The notes under the pieces: generated by a model | The model's input: only the letters and a program-made list of their open reading frames with translations | What the model was told of the DNA's origin: nothing | Database searches by the model: none | NCBI RefSeq assembly: GCF_009914755.1 | Contig: NC_060938.1 | DNA length: 64,000 nucleotides | Reading direction: 5' to 3' (one strand) | Source: the human T2T-CHM13v2.0 reference genome, Homo sapiens | In this document: positions 40,480-53,600 of the stretch, piece by piece | Numbering within the stretch: position 1 is the first letter of the stretch | Layout: each line of letters opens with the position of its first letter | Position numbers and translations under genes: made by a program

Positions 40480-41190
40480 ATTCTATTTTCAAAACACAAC
40501 CAGAATCCCAGCCCTCTGCCCAGTTCCACCGTCATCTGAGCCACCATCATCTTTTGGACTATGGTCCTGGCCTCCTCCTGATCTTCCTGCTCCTGTCCTC
40601 GTCCCTACAGCCTGTTTCCAGCATGGCAGCCACGTGAGCCCTGGGAAGCTGCACGTGCAATCACGTTGCTCCTCTGTTTTCAGAACCCTCCATGGCTCCC
40701 CACTGCACTCAGAATAAAGCCCAGGTTTCTGGGAGGAGCCTCTACAACATTGCCTCCTATGGTCTTTCTGACCTCAGACCCTGGCTCCCCCTCCCGCTGG
40801 GCGCTCCTTGGCCCCTTTGGGATCCTCCGAGTTAACCAGGTACAGCTGCACACCACGGTTGCTTCTGCCTGGAAGCAATGCTTCTCCCACGGATGTCTGC
40901 ATGGCTGGCTCCTTCACTCCCTCAGGTCCTGGCACAGCAGCCCCTTCCAGAAGCACCCTCTTGAAATCTGCAGGCCCTGCAGCTGGCGACTCCCTGGTAC
41001 CGTTCTTCGCTTTCTGTTTCTCTATAGCATTTCACACTTCTAACATACCCCAGAGTTTGCCCCACTCAGATGTGAACTCCACGTGGCCAGAGGTGTTTTT
41101 TTTTTTGTTTTTTTTTTTGCCTGTGTTGTTCACACCATCATCTTGGAGCCTAGTAGGGTCTGGCAAGGTAGAAGCTAATTCGTGAATGCA
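40480..41190. mobile_element. L2 fragment
   Basis: aaccctccatggctccccactgcactcagaataaagccc and tgcttctgcctggaa, typical of the L2 3' region. Similar relics at ~55640-56660 and ~60300-60770. Confidence 0.6.
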
Positions 41191-41658
41191 GAGGCAGCTG
41201 TCCAGGGTCTGTGGAGGGCAACTGGGCCCATCTCACAGGGTCCCTGAAATTAGGCCCCATGGGCAGCCACACGGCTGTGATGCAACACTGGGACTGGCCA
41301 AGGGCAGGAGTCCTGAGTGGCCATGACCCCACCTTGGGATCAGGAAGCCTTGCCTTGAATGGGATAATATGGCCCCGCATCCCCTAGCTCAAGTCCTTAC
41401 AGCAGAGGGTCTGTTTAAGGACACCCTTGGCGTCCTCAATGAGACAGCACCATCTTTCCCCAACTGCAGCAGGTCCTTCTCAAAGCCCTGACCAGCCTGT
41501 CCATCCACCTGTACCCTGCACCAGCCCCTTGAGGCTGGGGCCAAAGCAGCTGAGCTCAGGACCCTTCAGAGTCAGAATGTGACTCCCAGTGCATCCTGGG
41601 AAGCCCTCGCCTAGGCCCACCGGCAGTCTTCCATGGGCCAAGTGTGTGCGGCACTCAC

Positions 41659-41766
41659 GTTGTCCTCTGACAGCTTGTCGATGGTCACCTTGGCTTCTAG
41701 CAGATGGCTGTTGAGGGCAACAATCTCGTGGCTCAGCGCACGCTTCTCCTCCTCATAGTGCTGGCC
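41659..41766 (-). CDS. BEGAIN: BEGAIN coding exon, 108 nt, coiled coil
   Basis: cccccag|GGCCAG...GACAAC|gtgagt. Encodes GQHYEEEKRALSHEIVALNSHLLEAKVTIDKLSEDN. Confidence 0.95.
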
Positions 41767-42800
41767 CTGGGGGTGGGACAGTGGGAGGAGGAGGCCCGTG
41801 GTTGGCTCCTGGTGAGCCAACCCAGTCGCTCGATTGCACCCCCTGGTTTGTCCCTTGTAGCCATGAGTGACAAGACACTTAGAGGGCCAAGGGTGTGGGG
41901 TTTATGAGCACAGACAGACCCTGGTTCAATTCCTGGGTCCAACACTGCCAAGCCACACAGCCTTGGGGACGTCACTGCCTCTGAGCCTCAGTTTCTCATG
42001 TGCAACACAGAGGTGACAGCGTCCTGCCTCAGGAGCTGGGAGTGGGGACGGAGGACAGATGACTTGTGCCTGGCATAGAGCCCAGCCCACCTCACTGGAC
42101 AGATTGGGAAACTGAGGCTCAGGAAAGGGCCGGTGTCCAGGCACCCAGGCAGAGCCAGGCCCAGCCCCCAGGCCTGCCACCCCCCGTCTCTGATAGCACC
42201 ACAAAGGTGGGCAGGTTGTTGCTTTCAAAACCAAAATGAGCTGGTCACCAAAGTAGAAAGAAAGGAAACCTCTTCATCCTAGTGAGGGAGTGGCACCAGA
42301 AACCCACACCCTGCCCCTCTTCGACATGTCCCAGCAGTGTGTTCACAGAGAAAATGGCGACCCCACTGAGGTCACCTGCAGGTGGTGTGAGGGTCCCCAC
42401 AGAGGGGTCCCCATGAGAGGCGGAGCTGGGGCTCAAACCTGCCTCTGGCTCACCCAGGGCCTGAATTCGGGCCTCCCTATCCTCCTGGGCCCAGGTCCTT
42501 GGACTGGCAGGCTGAGCTGGGGGGCCCGTTCCCAGTGTATGTCCTCCGTCCACAGCCCCTCTTACACACCCCCAGGCTGGAGTGCTCGCACCCGCCACTC
42601 AGGCAGCACAGGGCAGCCCTGGACCCAAGTACTTCCTTAGCCTGAGAGCACACACCCTGCTCCACATGTTCCATGGAGAAAGGGGTGGGACCAGCAAGAC
42701 CTGTGTCCCAGCTCCTGAGTGGCCCAGGGGTGTCAGCTGGGTGGCTCCCCCCGGGAAGGAGGTGTGGGGTGGGGGAGTGGGCGCTGCGTGGCGGCCTCAC

Positions 42801-42867
42801 CATGCGGTACAGCTTGTCCTCCAGCTCCTGGTTGATCCTCTGCAGTGCCATGTAGTTGCTCTGAATC
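42801..42867 (-). CDS. BEGAIN: BEGAIN coding exon, 67 nt, coiled coil
   Basis: gcaccag|GATTCAG...CGCATG|gtgagg. Encodes (R)IQSNYMALQRINQELEDKLYRM; phase 2 in, phase 0 out, matching its neighbours. Confidence 0.95.
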
Positions 42868-44140
42868 CTGGTGCAGGAGGCAAGGGGGTCACTGCCATGC
42901 AAGGCCTGTCCCTCCCACGACCCTTATGGCCGCACAGCCTGCTGAGCAGGGTGGGGCTGAATTTGGACCTCCTGAGCTCACCCCACCAGCTTCACCCTGG
43001 TGGAATGTGTGCCCCTCTGCACACAGCAGAGAACATCCCATTAAAGCAAACTTTTGTAGAAGCCTTTCCTAGGCCAGGGCCCAGGACTGTATTTCCCCCT
43101 CCACCCCGGGACCCCCTGAAGATGGGAAGGGAAGGCTTGTTATTCACAAGAGACTCTGTCCCATCCACACGCGGAGCCAGTTTACTCACATTTGACCCAC
43201 AATTCTTACAAACCTGTTATGGGGTTGACAGTTCAAATGCAAATGAGCAGGGAAGAAACTTAACACTAACTATGTGATGGGCCCCAGGGTGAGGCTGGAG
43301 ACATCACAGTGAACAAGACTCGGTTCTGCCGGGTAGGAGGAGTGGAGCTGAGTGTCAGGTGGGAATCAGGTGCTTGGAGATTCCATTGCTGGTGGGAGGG
43401 GGCTTGGGGATGGTGTCCAGCCTCAGACAACCTATGTGTCGTGTTATGGCCCCTGTCTTGCCAATAGGGAAACTGAGGTGAAACTTTAATTACTTAAAGC
43501 AGTAACTGGCAGGGCCCAGATTTTAACTGAGGTCTGACTGCACTGCCCAAGCTTGGTTTCCACATGAATGGAGGGTGACATTCAAAACACTCAGGAGCTG
43601 GGGCTGTTCGGAGAGGGACAAACCCTCTCCCTATGGCAAGTCCTCCCTAGGGGCAACACCAGCCGATTCTCTACAAATACCTAAAACAAATCAAGCCAAC
43701 AGCAAAGGTTGCATGCTTCTTGCATTTTCTGTTTAAGAAGATGAGAAAGTGCATATTACATTTCAGAAAAACATCCATTTTAAATGTGCACAAGAAAACT
43801 GCTTTTAGAAAAGTTTGGTGTTTGAGGGAGTCCAGCACAACTGGATCGACACTTCATTAGCCCGTACGCGCTCAAGGGAATGGTCCCTAAACTGGTTCAT
43901 CTCCGGGCTAGACACAGCTTTTCCCATCAGGACCCAGGGAACCATGGCTGGGCCCCGGGTGGACCAGTCTGGGTCTGGAGATCTGCTGGGTTCAAATCCT
44001 GGCTCAGCTGCTCCATAGTGTGACTTTGGAGGAAGAGCTTCCCCTACCAGAACCTCTGGACTCCCCATCTGAGTGGAGTCAACAGCCAGGGTGAGAGGGG
44101 AGCACCGCGTGCGGCTTTCCGGGCCTCGGGCCCTGCCCCA

Positions 44141-44314
44141 CCCCGGCCCTCGCCCCGCCCCGGCCCTCGCCCCGCCCCGGCCCTCGCCCCGCCCCGGCCC
44201 TCGCCCCGCCCCGGCCCTCGCCCCGCCCCGGCCCTCGCCCCGCCCCGGCCCTCGCCCCGCCCCGGCCCTCGCCCCGCCCCGGCCCTCGCCCCGCCCCGGC
44301 CCTCGCCCCGCCCC
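44141..44314. repeat. Perfect tandem repeat, 10 x 17 bp (CCCCGGCCCTCGCCCCG)
   Basis: Exact copies at 44141-44310, abutting the BEGAIN splice donor. Confidence 0.97.
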
Positions 44315-44318
44315 TCAC

Positions 44319-44480
44319 CTGCGCAGCTTCTCCGTGACCTTCTCCAGTTCCTCCTGCGCGCGCCGCAGCTCGATCTCCAGGTAGTGGCGCGTGGAGTCGA
44401 ACTCGGTCTCGAGCTTCTCGAGCTTGTGTGTGGTGTAGGACAGCCGCTTGCGCAGCTCGCCCTTCTGCTCCTGCAGCGCG
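44319..44480 (-). CDS. BEGAIN: BEGAIN coding exon, 162 nt, N-terminal coiled coil; first BEGAIN coding exon in the window
   Basis: gtcgttgcag|CGCGCTG...CTGCGCAG|gtgagg. Encodes (S)ALQEQKGELRKRLSYTTHKLEKLETEFDSTRHYLEIELRRAQEELEKVTEKLR(R). The five exons splice into one open frame of 1768 nt; the upstream MEKL exon is not seen in the window. Confidence 0.95.
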
Positions 44481-44581
44481 CTGCAACGACATGGCGGCGG
44501 CGGGCCGGGCCGCGGCGCTGAGCGGGGGAAACTAAGGCCCGCAGGCCAGCCGGGGCGTGCCGCACTAACACGCGAGTACCG

Positions 44582-44590
44582 GCGCGCGCG

Positions 44591-44635
<45 letters not shown>

Positions 44636-44639
44636 ACAC
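44582..44639. repeat. (GC)9(AC)15 compound microsatellite
   Basis: 48 bp of uninterrupted purine-pyrimidine alternation (44582-44629). Confidence 0.97.
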
Positions 44640-47600
44640 CCAGCCTCCCGGGCGTCACTGAAGACCATGGCGCCCCAGAGTCAGGGACTCTGACCCTGAG
44701 CCAGTCTGGCCTGGGCGGTTCCTCAGACTCCACCAGTGTCCCTCACACAGGTAAATCCCAGGTGGTGGCTGGAGGAGTCTTTGACCCCAGAACCTGGCCA
44801 GTGTGTTGGGGGCGGTTTAAAGGACCCAGGTACAAAGAGCACCCATCAGCACCCAGGCTATCACAGAGCTGGCCCTGGGTGGCACAGGTGACTGGGGCCC
44901 TCACTCCTGCTCCTCCACAGTGCTAGGTTGGGATGGCTGAGGCCCAGAGTCAGCAGTGCCATGCCCAAGACCAGACCTGCTTTCCCCAAAATGGCTGTGT
45001 GGCCCTGGGACCCTGGGTCACTTCTCTGGGCCAGAGAGATGTTTGGTGGCAATGTCCCATGCCCGGGCAGTGTCTGCCACCATGGCCAATGAGGCTGCAT
45101 GCAGCACGGGAAACCTGGCAAGGTCCTGGCCTGCTCAAGTTCCCCTTCCTCCAGGAAGCCTTCCAGAAACCCAGACAATTCTTGAGGCTCTATTTTCTTC
45201 CCCCAGAATGGGGTCTCCTGGAGGGTAGGACCCCAGGATGCAGAGCCCCACATGCTCAGGAAACAGAGACCCACTATGACCCACTCTTCCGAGCCACCTG
45301 CCAACAATTCACCTGAACTAAAGCTGTGCAAAGGCAGGAGGGTAGTGTGGGGGCCTCCAACAGGGATGGCTCGGAGCTCCCCAAGGCAGGGGCTGCACTT
45401 CCGGTTGTCTGGGTCAGAGTGGGGTCAGCAGCCAGCAGTTCTTTCCTTGCAATGGGTGCACAGCCCAGGGGCTATCTGGGACCAACATCTTTTGGATTGT
45501 GTTGCTGTGAGATGGGGACGGGACAGGCAGAAGTCCCGGGTGTCATGAAGGAAACTTGAGGTGTGGGAGAGGGCCTGGAACCCTGACTCTGCCCAGATGT
45601 GCTGTGGGACCTTGGGCAAAAGCCCGCGTTCTTGTGATATTCCCGACCCAAACCCAAGCGAGGGGAGTAGAGGGCAGGCAGGAGGCTCCCAGTCCCCCTG
45701 GGGCCACCACTGTCCCCCAGCCCCGAGCAGAGGCATCTTCTGTCTGGGCCCCGTGAGTAAACCGCATGTGGCACTGCGGGCACACACCCAGCAAGCCTCC
45801 AGGAAGCACTCTTGGATTCCTGCCCAGGGCTATATTTTTAAAAACAAATAAAAATAAAGCGTCGCTTACGTTTTTGAGAACCTCAGAGAAGGGCAGGGCG
45901 GGTCTTCCCAAGAGTCAGTCACCACAAGAGGAAGTAGAGTAACAAGCAAAGAGGGAAGCCCTGAGGCAAAGTGCCACAGCTGCCCACGTGGGTCTGCCTC
46001 CGGGAGCGCTCTCTGGGACAGTGCTCAGGCCTCCTTCCACCTCCTCCAGGCAGCCTTCCGTGGCTGCCCCACTTCTAGCACTCTATAGCTACAGGTCCCA
46101 GGCTGCTTCCCACACAGACCTGTCCTCCCCAGGGAGGTGGTGAACTTCCTGGGGACTCCTATGCCATCCTGGGCTCCTAGGGCAGGCACAATGGGCTGCA
46201 CAGCAGCCCCTGAAGTCGACTGTTCCCTGCAGGGGCTCCTGGTGTACCCACAGCCCTCGGGAAGAGGTGAGGGCGTCATCCATCCACCCACGTGGCCACC
46301 TCAGCCCCGAGTCCTCACCCCTTCTCCAGCCACACCCCAGGCCTCACTGAGCAGCCTTAGGTCCTTGCTATTCTGAGACCTGCACCCCTAGCTCACTGTG
46401 CCCCCTCACCCAGCCCTGCCCCTTCTGGGCACCCTGAGGTCCCTACCCTCACCTCTCAGAGCAAGCAACCTGTCTGAGACCTCACAGCCAGGAGTAAGAC
46501 AAACCCTGCCCCTGCCCCGGGAGCCTGCGGTCCAGAGGGGAGGCAGACAATGAGCTAGGCAGGGATTCTCCACGGGGCAGGTGTGGGAGGGGAGGACGAA
46601 GGGGCTATGGGGTGGGCTCGGGGCAGACATCTCACAAGTCAGGCAGCTTCACAGAGCCTCAGTTTACCCCTGGCCTTTGGATGGCCTTCCAGATACAGCA
46701 GTCAACTCCCTGTTCCACCAGCCCTTAAATACTGCTCCCCCTCCCCAAGTCCTTCACACCCAACCACCTGCTACACCCAACCAATCTTTGGGCTAGCAGT
46801 GCCCCCAGCCCCTGACTCTCACACCCCTCTCTGCCTCAGTGTCCGCTTGCTGCAGGCATCGGGCCATGGACACGCACCCCGTCCCCAGGCATAGCTGATG
46901 CCCCGCACTTGGCCGCCCCAGGGTTCCTGCCACGTCTTTCCCCACCTCTGCTGGTCCGGCGATCACACCACAGGCCCCTCCCGACCTCGCCCGGGCTGTT
47001 CCCTGGGGCCCCGGTTTGCACCTGCACCCCTGCCCTGCATGCTCAGACCAAATCCCCTCCAAGCCAGCTGCACAGGGACCCCTCCCAGGTTTCCATCTGA
47101 CTCCAGCGGGGTGTCTGTCAGGCTCCATACCCTCACCACGTCCAGCCACCCACCTATGGCCCTCAGGCATCTCCACACCCAACCCGTCCAATGCAGCCAC
47201 ATCCACCACACCTTCACTGCCCTCCACGTTCCCCACCCGGGGGGTGGGCATGGTGACCCCTCTTTACCCCTCACAGCCCTGTCACTAAGTCCTGGGGGTT
47301 CAGCTTCTCACACCTCTGAACGTGTCCCCTCTGCCCAGTCCAGGCTGTGTACCTAGGGTCTGCGGTCACCCGGGTAGTACCTCCTTCCCTGTCCAGTGTT
47401 CCCCACACCGGGCAATAACCCGAGCCCTGCCACGGCAGCCTGTCTCCACATCTGCAGAACTGGATGGTGCACCCAGACACGGGGGCAGGGCTGTTGCTGG
47501 TCCACATTCTACATAGTAGCACCCTCCACACAGTGGACAATGTCAAGAGGTGGCACTGTGTGGGGTGGGGCCACCAGGCCACTGGGAATCTGGGGGAAAC

Positions 47601-50600
47601 TGCTGGAGGCCTGTGGCTCAGAGGCCTCTGTCCCCTGCCCTGGGTGAAAAGGTGTCCTGGCAAGGGCCGAGATGGGTCAGGGAGTCCCCAGCGTCTGGAA
47701 ACAGCTCCTTAGCAGACATACAGGGAGGGCTGTGGTGCTCCGAGCGCCAGGGCCACGCCCTCCAGGCTGGGGCCACCCTTCCAGGTCTGGGGGCCTGGGG
47801 GGCCCTGCTGGGCTTGCTGCCTGGTGAGTTACACCAGAATCTGGGGCTAACCGGCAGTGTGTGTGCACGTGTGCGTGTGTGTGGTGTGCGTGTGCGTGCG
47901 CACGTGATTCTTGGCTCCCTCCTTGCCTGTGGGAATTCCCTGGACTGGGGTGAGTGCCCAGCTCCCCTGGCACATGGTGGGGCCTCGAGGGATCTCCCTT
48001 CTGCCTTCCACCGAGAGCCCCTTCTGGCCACTTGCAGGGGGTCCAGGCCCAAGGAAGGAGCCCTTGGCTGGGATGCTGGGCTGAGGGCTGTGAGGCTGTG
48101 CCGCCGGCCCACGCCTTCACCTTCACCTTCTGGGCCTCTGCATCTGTCTCGGGGAGTTGGACACAGACACGGGACAGATGTCTGGGGACAGACGCAGAGA
48201 CACCAGGGAGCCGGGGGAGACAACAGGTATGTTACCTGTCCCAGATGGAGGGCGAGGACCTGGCCAGCCGGCCCTGCAGTACTCGGGGCTGCCCGAGGCA
48301 CAAGGGCACCCAGGGGCTGCGCAGCCTGTGGGCAAAGAGGACAGAGCTGCTCAGAACAGGCCGGGGTGGGCAGGGCTGGGGGCCATGCGTGGCCCACCAT
48401 CAGGGGCACAGCCACAGCCCCTTGGCTGAGACCGAGAGAGATGGGGAGTTGGTCCCCACCCCCTGCCAGGAAAACTTGTCATCTGCAAAGTAGCAGGGGT
48501 TGGGGATGTGGGTACCAGAGAAGGGGGCCCAGCCTTGCACCTGCCAGCCCTCACTCCTCACTCTGAAGGGTCCCAGCTCAGCGGTGGCACTGAGTCCCAC
48601 CATGGCAGGGTCACTGGTCACTCGCTCAGTGCCTCTTTTGAGCATCCTGTCCCATCACTGGGCGGGGGGCGCAGCAGCAGCCCCTGAAGTCAGTTGTTCC
48701 CTGCAGAGCGGCAGGTCTACCCTCAGCCCTGCCTCACAGGACACAGGTGGGGTCTGGTCCATTGTCTCAACCTCAGAGGGGAGTGATGGGTGCAAGCTCC
48801 CCCTCCCTACTAGCTCTGCATCTGTCGGGTGCCTGCCTGTTGCAGGGCTGGGTTCCTGGCGTGCAGGATTGGCGGGTCAGGAGGAGGCCCTGATGGCTGC
48901 TGTATGGTCTCCTGTAGGCTGTGGGACCTGGCAGATGTTAGGGATCCGGGGTCCACTTCACCCTGCCCCGGGGCCCCTGCTCCCCTGCCCCTGCCTGTGG
49001 CCTATGTGGGCTGGACAGATGGGTGTGAGGAAGGACATGGGCCCGGCCCGGCCCTGCTAGGGTGTTGGCCTGCTGGAGGACACAGCGCCCAGACGAGTGC
49101 CCTCTTGGTTGTCCCCCTCCTGGGTTCTCTCTGGGGATCAGCTGGAGGGCTCGCAGAGACGCCCGGGCAGCCCTGCTCACCCTGCGCCAAAGCAGGAGAT
49201 CCAACCTCTGCCTAGAGGGGCTGGTTCCATCAATAAGGCTCTGATGCTGCCCCAGAAATCTGGCTTTCAAACAGTGCTTCAAGATTCAGGCAGATGGGCG
49301 TGCTCAGAAAAAGAGCCGTATAATCCCATTGAAAAAATAACTGCATACGGACAGCCACGGACAATAAGGCAAGCAAAGAAATGTTAATGTAGTTATACCT
49401 GGGTGGTGAAATGCTGGATAATTTAACATTTTTCTTTTATACTTTTCTGAATGTGTCATATTTTCTACAGTGAGGATGAAAAATCAGAGAAAAAAATTGC
49501 TAAAGATCAAATTTTGGTACCCCCACCCCAAAAGTCACCATTAGCACCCATGGGTCAGGCCGAGGGGGCAGCAGAGGTCAGGAAAAGCTCTTGGCACTGG
49601 CCACGAGTCGCACATTGATCACTGGATTCCTGAGCTGCTCTGCAGAAGTGGGCGGGGGTCTGATGCCCCAGCGCATGGTGGGGAAGGGGAAGTGGGTCGG
49701 GGCGGTGGGCTTGGCCTCTGGCTGGACAGGACTTTGGAATTCCGGTCCCAGGTCTACCCTCAGCAAATGACCCCGGTGCTGCTGAGCGAACAGAAAACAG
49801 GATGGGATGAGTGCGTTCGCTCGAGGCTGCCAGAAACAACTGCCCTCATGGCCCGACCAAGGCCAGCGATTCCCATGGGCCTCCTCCTCCCAGCCCTTGC
49901 CAAGGAGACCCCACCCCAACAGGTCCCATCTGTAGGGGGCCTTATGGTAGGTGGGATTACTGAAGAATGAAGGCGCTCAGAGTAGAAAGGCTAGGACCCA
50001 GGGGAAACTGGGACCCAGGGGAAACTGAGGCCCAGGGAAGGGGTGGGGCTGGCCTGCAGGTGCAGTGAGTGGGGGGCATGGTTGTGACTTGACCCAGGCT
50101 CTGACTCTGGTCTCTCACAGGACATTTACTGAGCATCACTGGTGACCCGCTCTGGTTCTGAGCCAGGTAACAACACTTGGATGGAAATTCTCATTCTCAG
50201 CCTGTGGCGTGGAGGGCATCCCATCCTAGAGATGAGAAAACTGGGACCCAGAGAAGTTAAGCAACAGGCCCAAGATCACAAAGCAAGCCTCGGTGAGGAC
50301 CAGGCAAGAACCAGGGCTGTTGGGCCCTGCCGGGGCTGCCGCCCTCCCCTTTCTTGGACTCCCCTTCGAAGGAAAGGTGGGCAGGGGCATGTTGCTGAGA
50401 GCCTGGCACAGGAGGGCTGCCCTGCTGAGAGGCCTGCCGAAGTGTTTTGAGAGCAGGGGAGCCGTGACCTGTGGGACCGTGGAAGGGGGAATGAGCCACC
50501 TCCCACTGGTTTCCTGGCCCGGCTGTCAGCAGAGCCAGCGATGGCCCCAGCGGGAGCCAGTAGAGCACGTGGTCCCTAGGGACGACCTGTCTCAGTGTCA

Positions 50601-53600
50601 CTTCCAGCTGGGTGCATGGAACCACGTTCCTGCTCCTACCAGCAGAAGGACCTGGTGACTGCTGGGCAGACGGATGGACTGGGGGTTGGCCTGGGCCACC
50701 AAGGCTGACCTGCCAAGAGACCTTGCCTTGGTGCTCCTTGGCAACCTTTGTGGACATGGGTGTAGTCACGTGGGGAGCAGCTGCCACCTGGGCCCTGTGT
50801 GTCTCAGGATGAGATGACTCCAGGAGGCCTGGAGCCCTACAGGAGACTGGGCAGGTTTTGTCCGTGCCTCCAGGGCACATCTCCTCTCAGGACTTGGACC
50901 CTGGGGGCGGCACTGTCAACAGACGCCTGTTTTCCTCCCCCAGGGAAGGGCTTGAAGGGGCTGCACAACCAGCTGCAGGTCCTTGACGGGTGGGGAAGGA
51001 GAACGGGATGCTCAGGATGCACCAGGCATGGACCACAAGGTGCACCTGTGTCCCGTTCTCACTGGTGAGATGCCCCTCCCGCCGCCTCTCAGCCCTGAGA
51101 GGGATGCCACAATTGCCGCCATCCTACAGATGCAGAAAAGCCTGTGGCCACCTGTGGGACGCTGTGACTGCTCCCACCCCATTCCAGGGCAGAAAGAGGG
51201 GAGGAAGACGGTGACAGCCAGGTCTGGCCACACCCCAACACCATACTCCTGGCCCCCAGGAAAAATGACAGGACATTTTGCCTCAAGCCAGATAGGCCTG
51301 ATGCCTCTTCTCGCCCCTGCTAAGAGGGACAACTGTCCCATACAGGCCTTCAGATTTCCCCCAAATGTGGCTGCCCCCACACCCATCCAGACCCTTATCC
51401 ATGCTGTCCTCTCCCCTGGACATGTCCTCGTCTCCCTTCTCTGTGTGTCCCCAGGTCCTCTCCTCTGTTGTGAGGCTTTGCTCAGATGCCACCTCTTCCA
51501 GGAAGTCTTTCTCGGTTCCCCCTGCTGAAGGTCCCTCTCTTCCTCTCCAGGTGCCTCCCCTCACCTTGGACTGCCTGTGCTGGACAACCCTCCTGCTGGG
51601 ATACTGCTTCCCTTCTCTGCTGGGCTCTCTGCTGGCCCTGCCTCCAGCAAGCCCACTCCACAAGACAGCCAGAGGGCGCGTCCAAACAGGTGGGATGCTC
51701 CCTGGCTCCCCACTGCCCTACAAGTCTTGGTGCAGCTGATGGAGTTCAGACAGGGTGACTTCAGTGGAGCAGGTAAGCGTCCACTTAGGGTCAGGGCTGG
51801 AGCCCCAGGGCCCTGCCTCTGTCATCCTGCTGTCCTTCCTCCGTCACGGGGGGCCACCGGGCCCATGCCCTTCCTGCTCCCCTGAAGCCCATGGGGCCCT
51901 GCCGGGCTGGGGGAGGACGGTCACATGAGCTCCAGGGCCCCTGGTGTCAGGAGGAAACCCTTTCTAGCTCCATGGTGTGCTGAGGACATGGGAGCCCGGA
52001 GCTCAGAGGGCGCTGAGCAGGTTCCTGGAGGCTGCGGGGGAGGCCTGGCTCCCATCCTCCCACTTGACGTCACGACAGTGGGGTGGGGCTGGGCTGCGGC
52101 TGTCACTGTTGCACAGTCAGCCGAGGGCCCGAGAGCCGCTCCCACCCTGTGCCCCTGGCGTGTTGTGGGATCCCGCCACGCCCTGGGCACAGCCTCTGTC
52201 TTCCCTCTTCGGTCGTGGCTCTCAGCCTGGCCCCACAGTGTCATGCTCCGGCAACACTAAATTGCTCCTCCTCCCTTCCAGGCTGTAGGCAGCCAGGCTC
52301 TCATCTCTGTGACTTTGTCCCCGTGTCCCCTCTGCCAGGATCTCACTCCTCCCTGCTGCTCCAGGTTAACTCCTCTCCACGTAGCACCTGAGGGGGCCTG
52401 AAACCCCAGCTCACCCCACCCTGCCCTGGATGAGGTCAATTGCTGCCCCTCACTCCCCACCAGCCCACTCCCCACCAGCCCTGTCCTTGAGTGTTGCAGT
52501 GCCAGGTCTCCTGTTCTCACCCTGGCCCCCAAAACTGTAGTTCCCCCCAGATGGCTCATTTCTAGACCCAGACTATGTTCTACCCTGGCTCAGAGCTGCC
52601 CCAACTCCTCTCTGTACCAAGACTAAAAGGCCAGTTCCTCACCCCAAATTCCTGTCCCCAGGGACCCGCCACAGCCCCAGCCTCGCCATTCCTGGCCCCC
52701 CCCACCTTCCCGCCAGGCACGCTGGCCTTCGGGCTGTGCACATGCCCCTGAGAGCCTGCCTTTGCACCCCTCAGTGCCTAGAGCAGGACCAGGCTGAGCA
52801 GGGGGGTCACACGCTCACCCTCTCAGCCTCCAGTGAATTGATATCAGCCCTGGGAGAAGGTCTTTGTCCCCAAAGCTGCTCGGACCTCGCCTGGTCTTTC
52901 CCAGCAGAACCTACAGTTGGCCCCTGGAGGAAGCCCACATCAGACCCTTGGGATGCCTCTGACGGGCCCAGGGCCGAGTCCTCGCAGAGCTGCTTCTGCC
53001 CCCCGCCAGGGCCGTCTGGGGTCTCCCTGCAGAAGGCCTTGTGCCCCAAGCCTTCCATCAAAGGAGCAGCAACAAGCCCTGTGGAAACCCGGGCTGGGTG
53101 GGCAGAATCGCCTCGCCTGGCGGAGCCTCTCCTGTGCCGGTGGCCTGTGTTCCCTGTGCCCGTGGCCACCCTCGTTCCTCATGGCTCAGAAGAGCCTCTC
53201 TGTCCCCTCCAACTTGCTCCTGCTGCGCTGACTCTGTCCTTTGTGTGGCCTGGAAGCCGACAGCAGACCACTTCCAACAGAAGGTGGGGGGCACCCCAGC
53301 CCCTGCCCACCGTGTGCACCCATTCATTTAGTCCTCAGACCCCCGAAAGGGAGGTGTGTACCCCACCCCGTTTTCCAGATGAGGAAACAGGTTCACAGCG
53401 CTCAAGGAACAGGGCCTGTCTGAGGTCACACAGCCCGGCTGGGGTTCCATTCTAGGCCAGCCTCACACTGAGATGCCAGATTTTAATGTAAATAGTAGCG
53501 CTTTAGCCATCCTGGTGCGTGTCTCCCGCACAGCGAGACAACTATGACGAGCTGCCCTCTGCCTCCGTGTGGCTAGAGGGTCGACCACGGTGGCCCCGGA

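Larger units (their letters stand above)
44100..44680. promoter_or_regulatory. Intragenic CpG island around the BEGAIN 162-nt exon
   Basis: Very high CpG density by eye across the exon, the 17-bp repeat and the (GC)n run. Confidence 0.75.

Noticed and set aside
44141-44310. CRISPR-like array (also considered for the 48-, 57- and 70-bp repeats)
   Set aside because: The units are head-to-tail with no unique spacers, the context is eukaryotic, and there are no cas genes.
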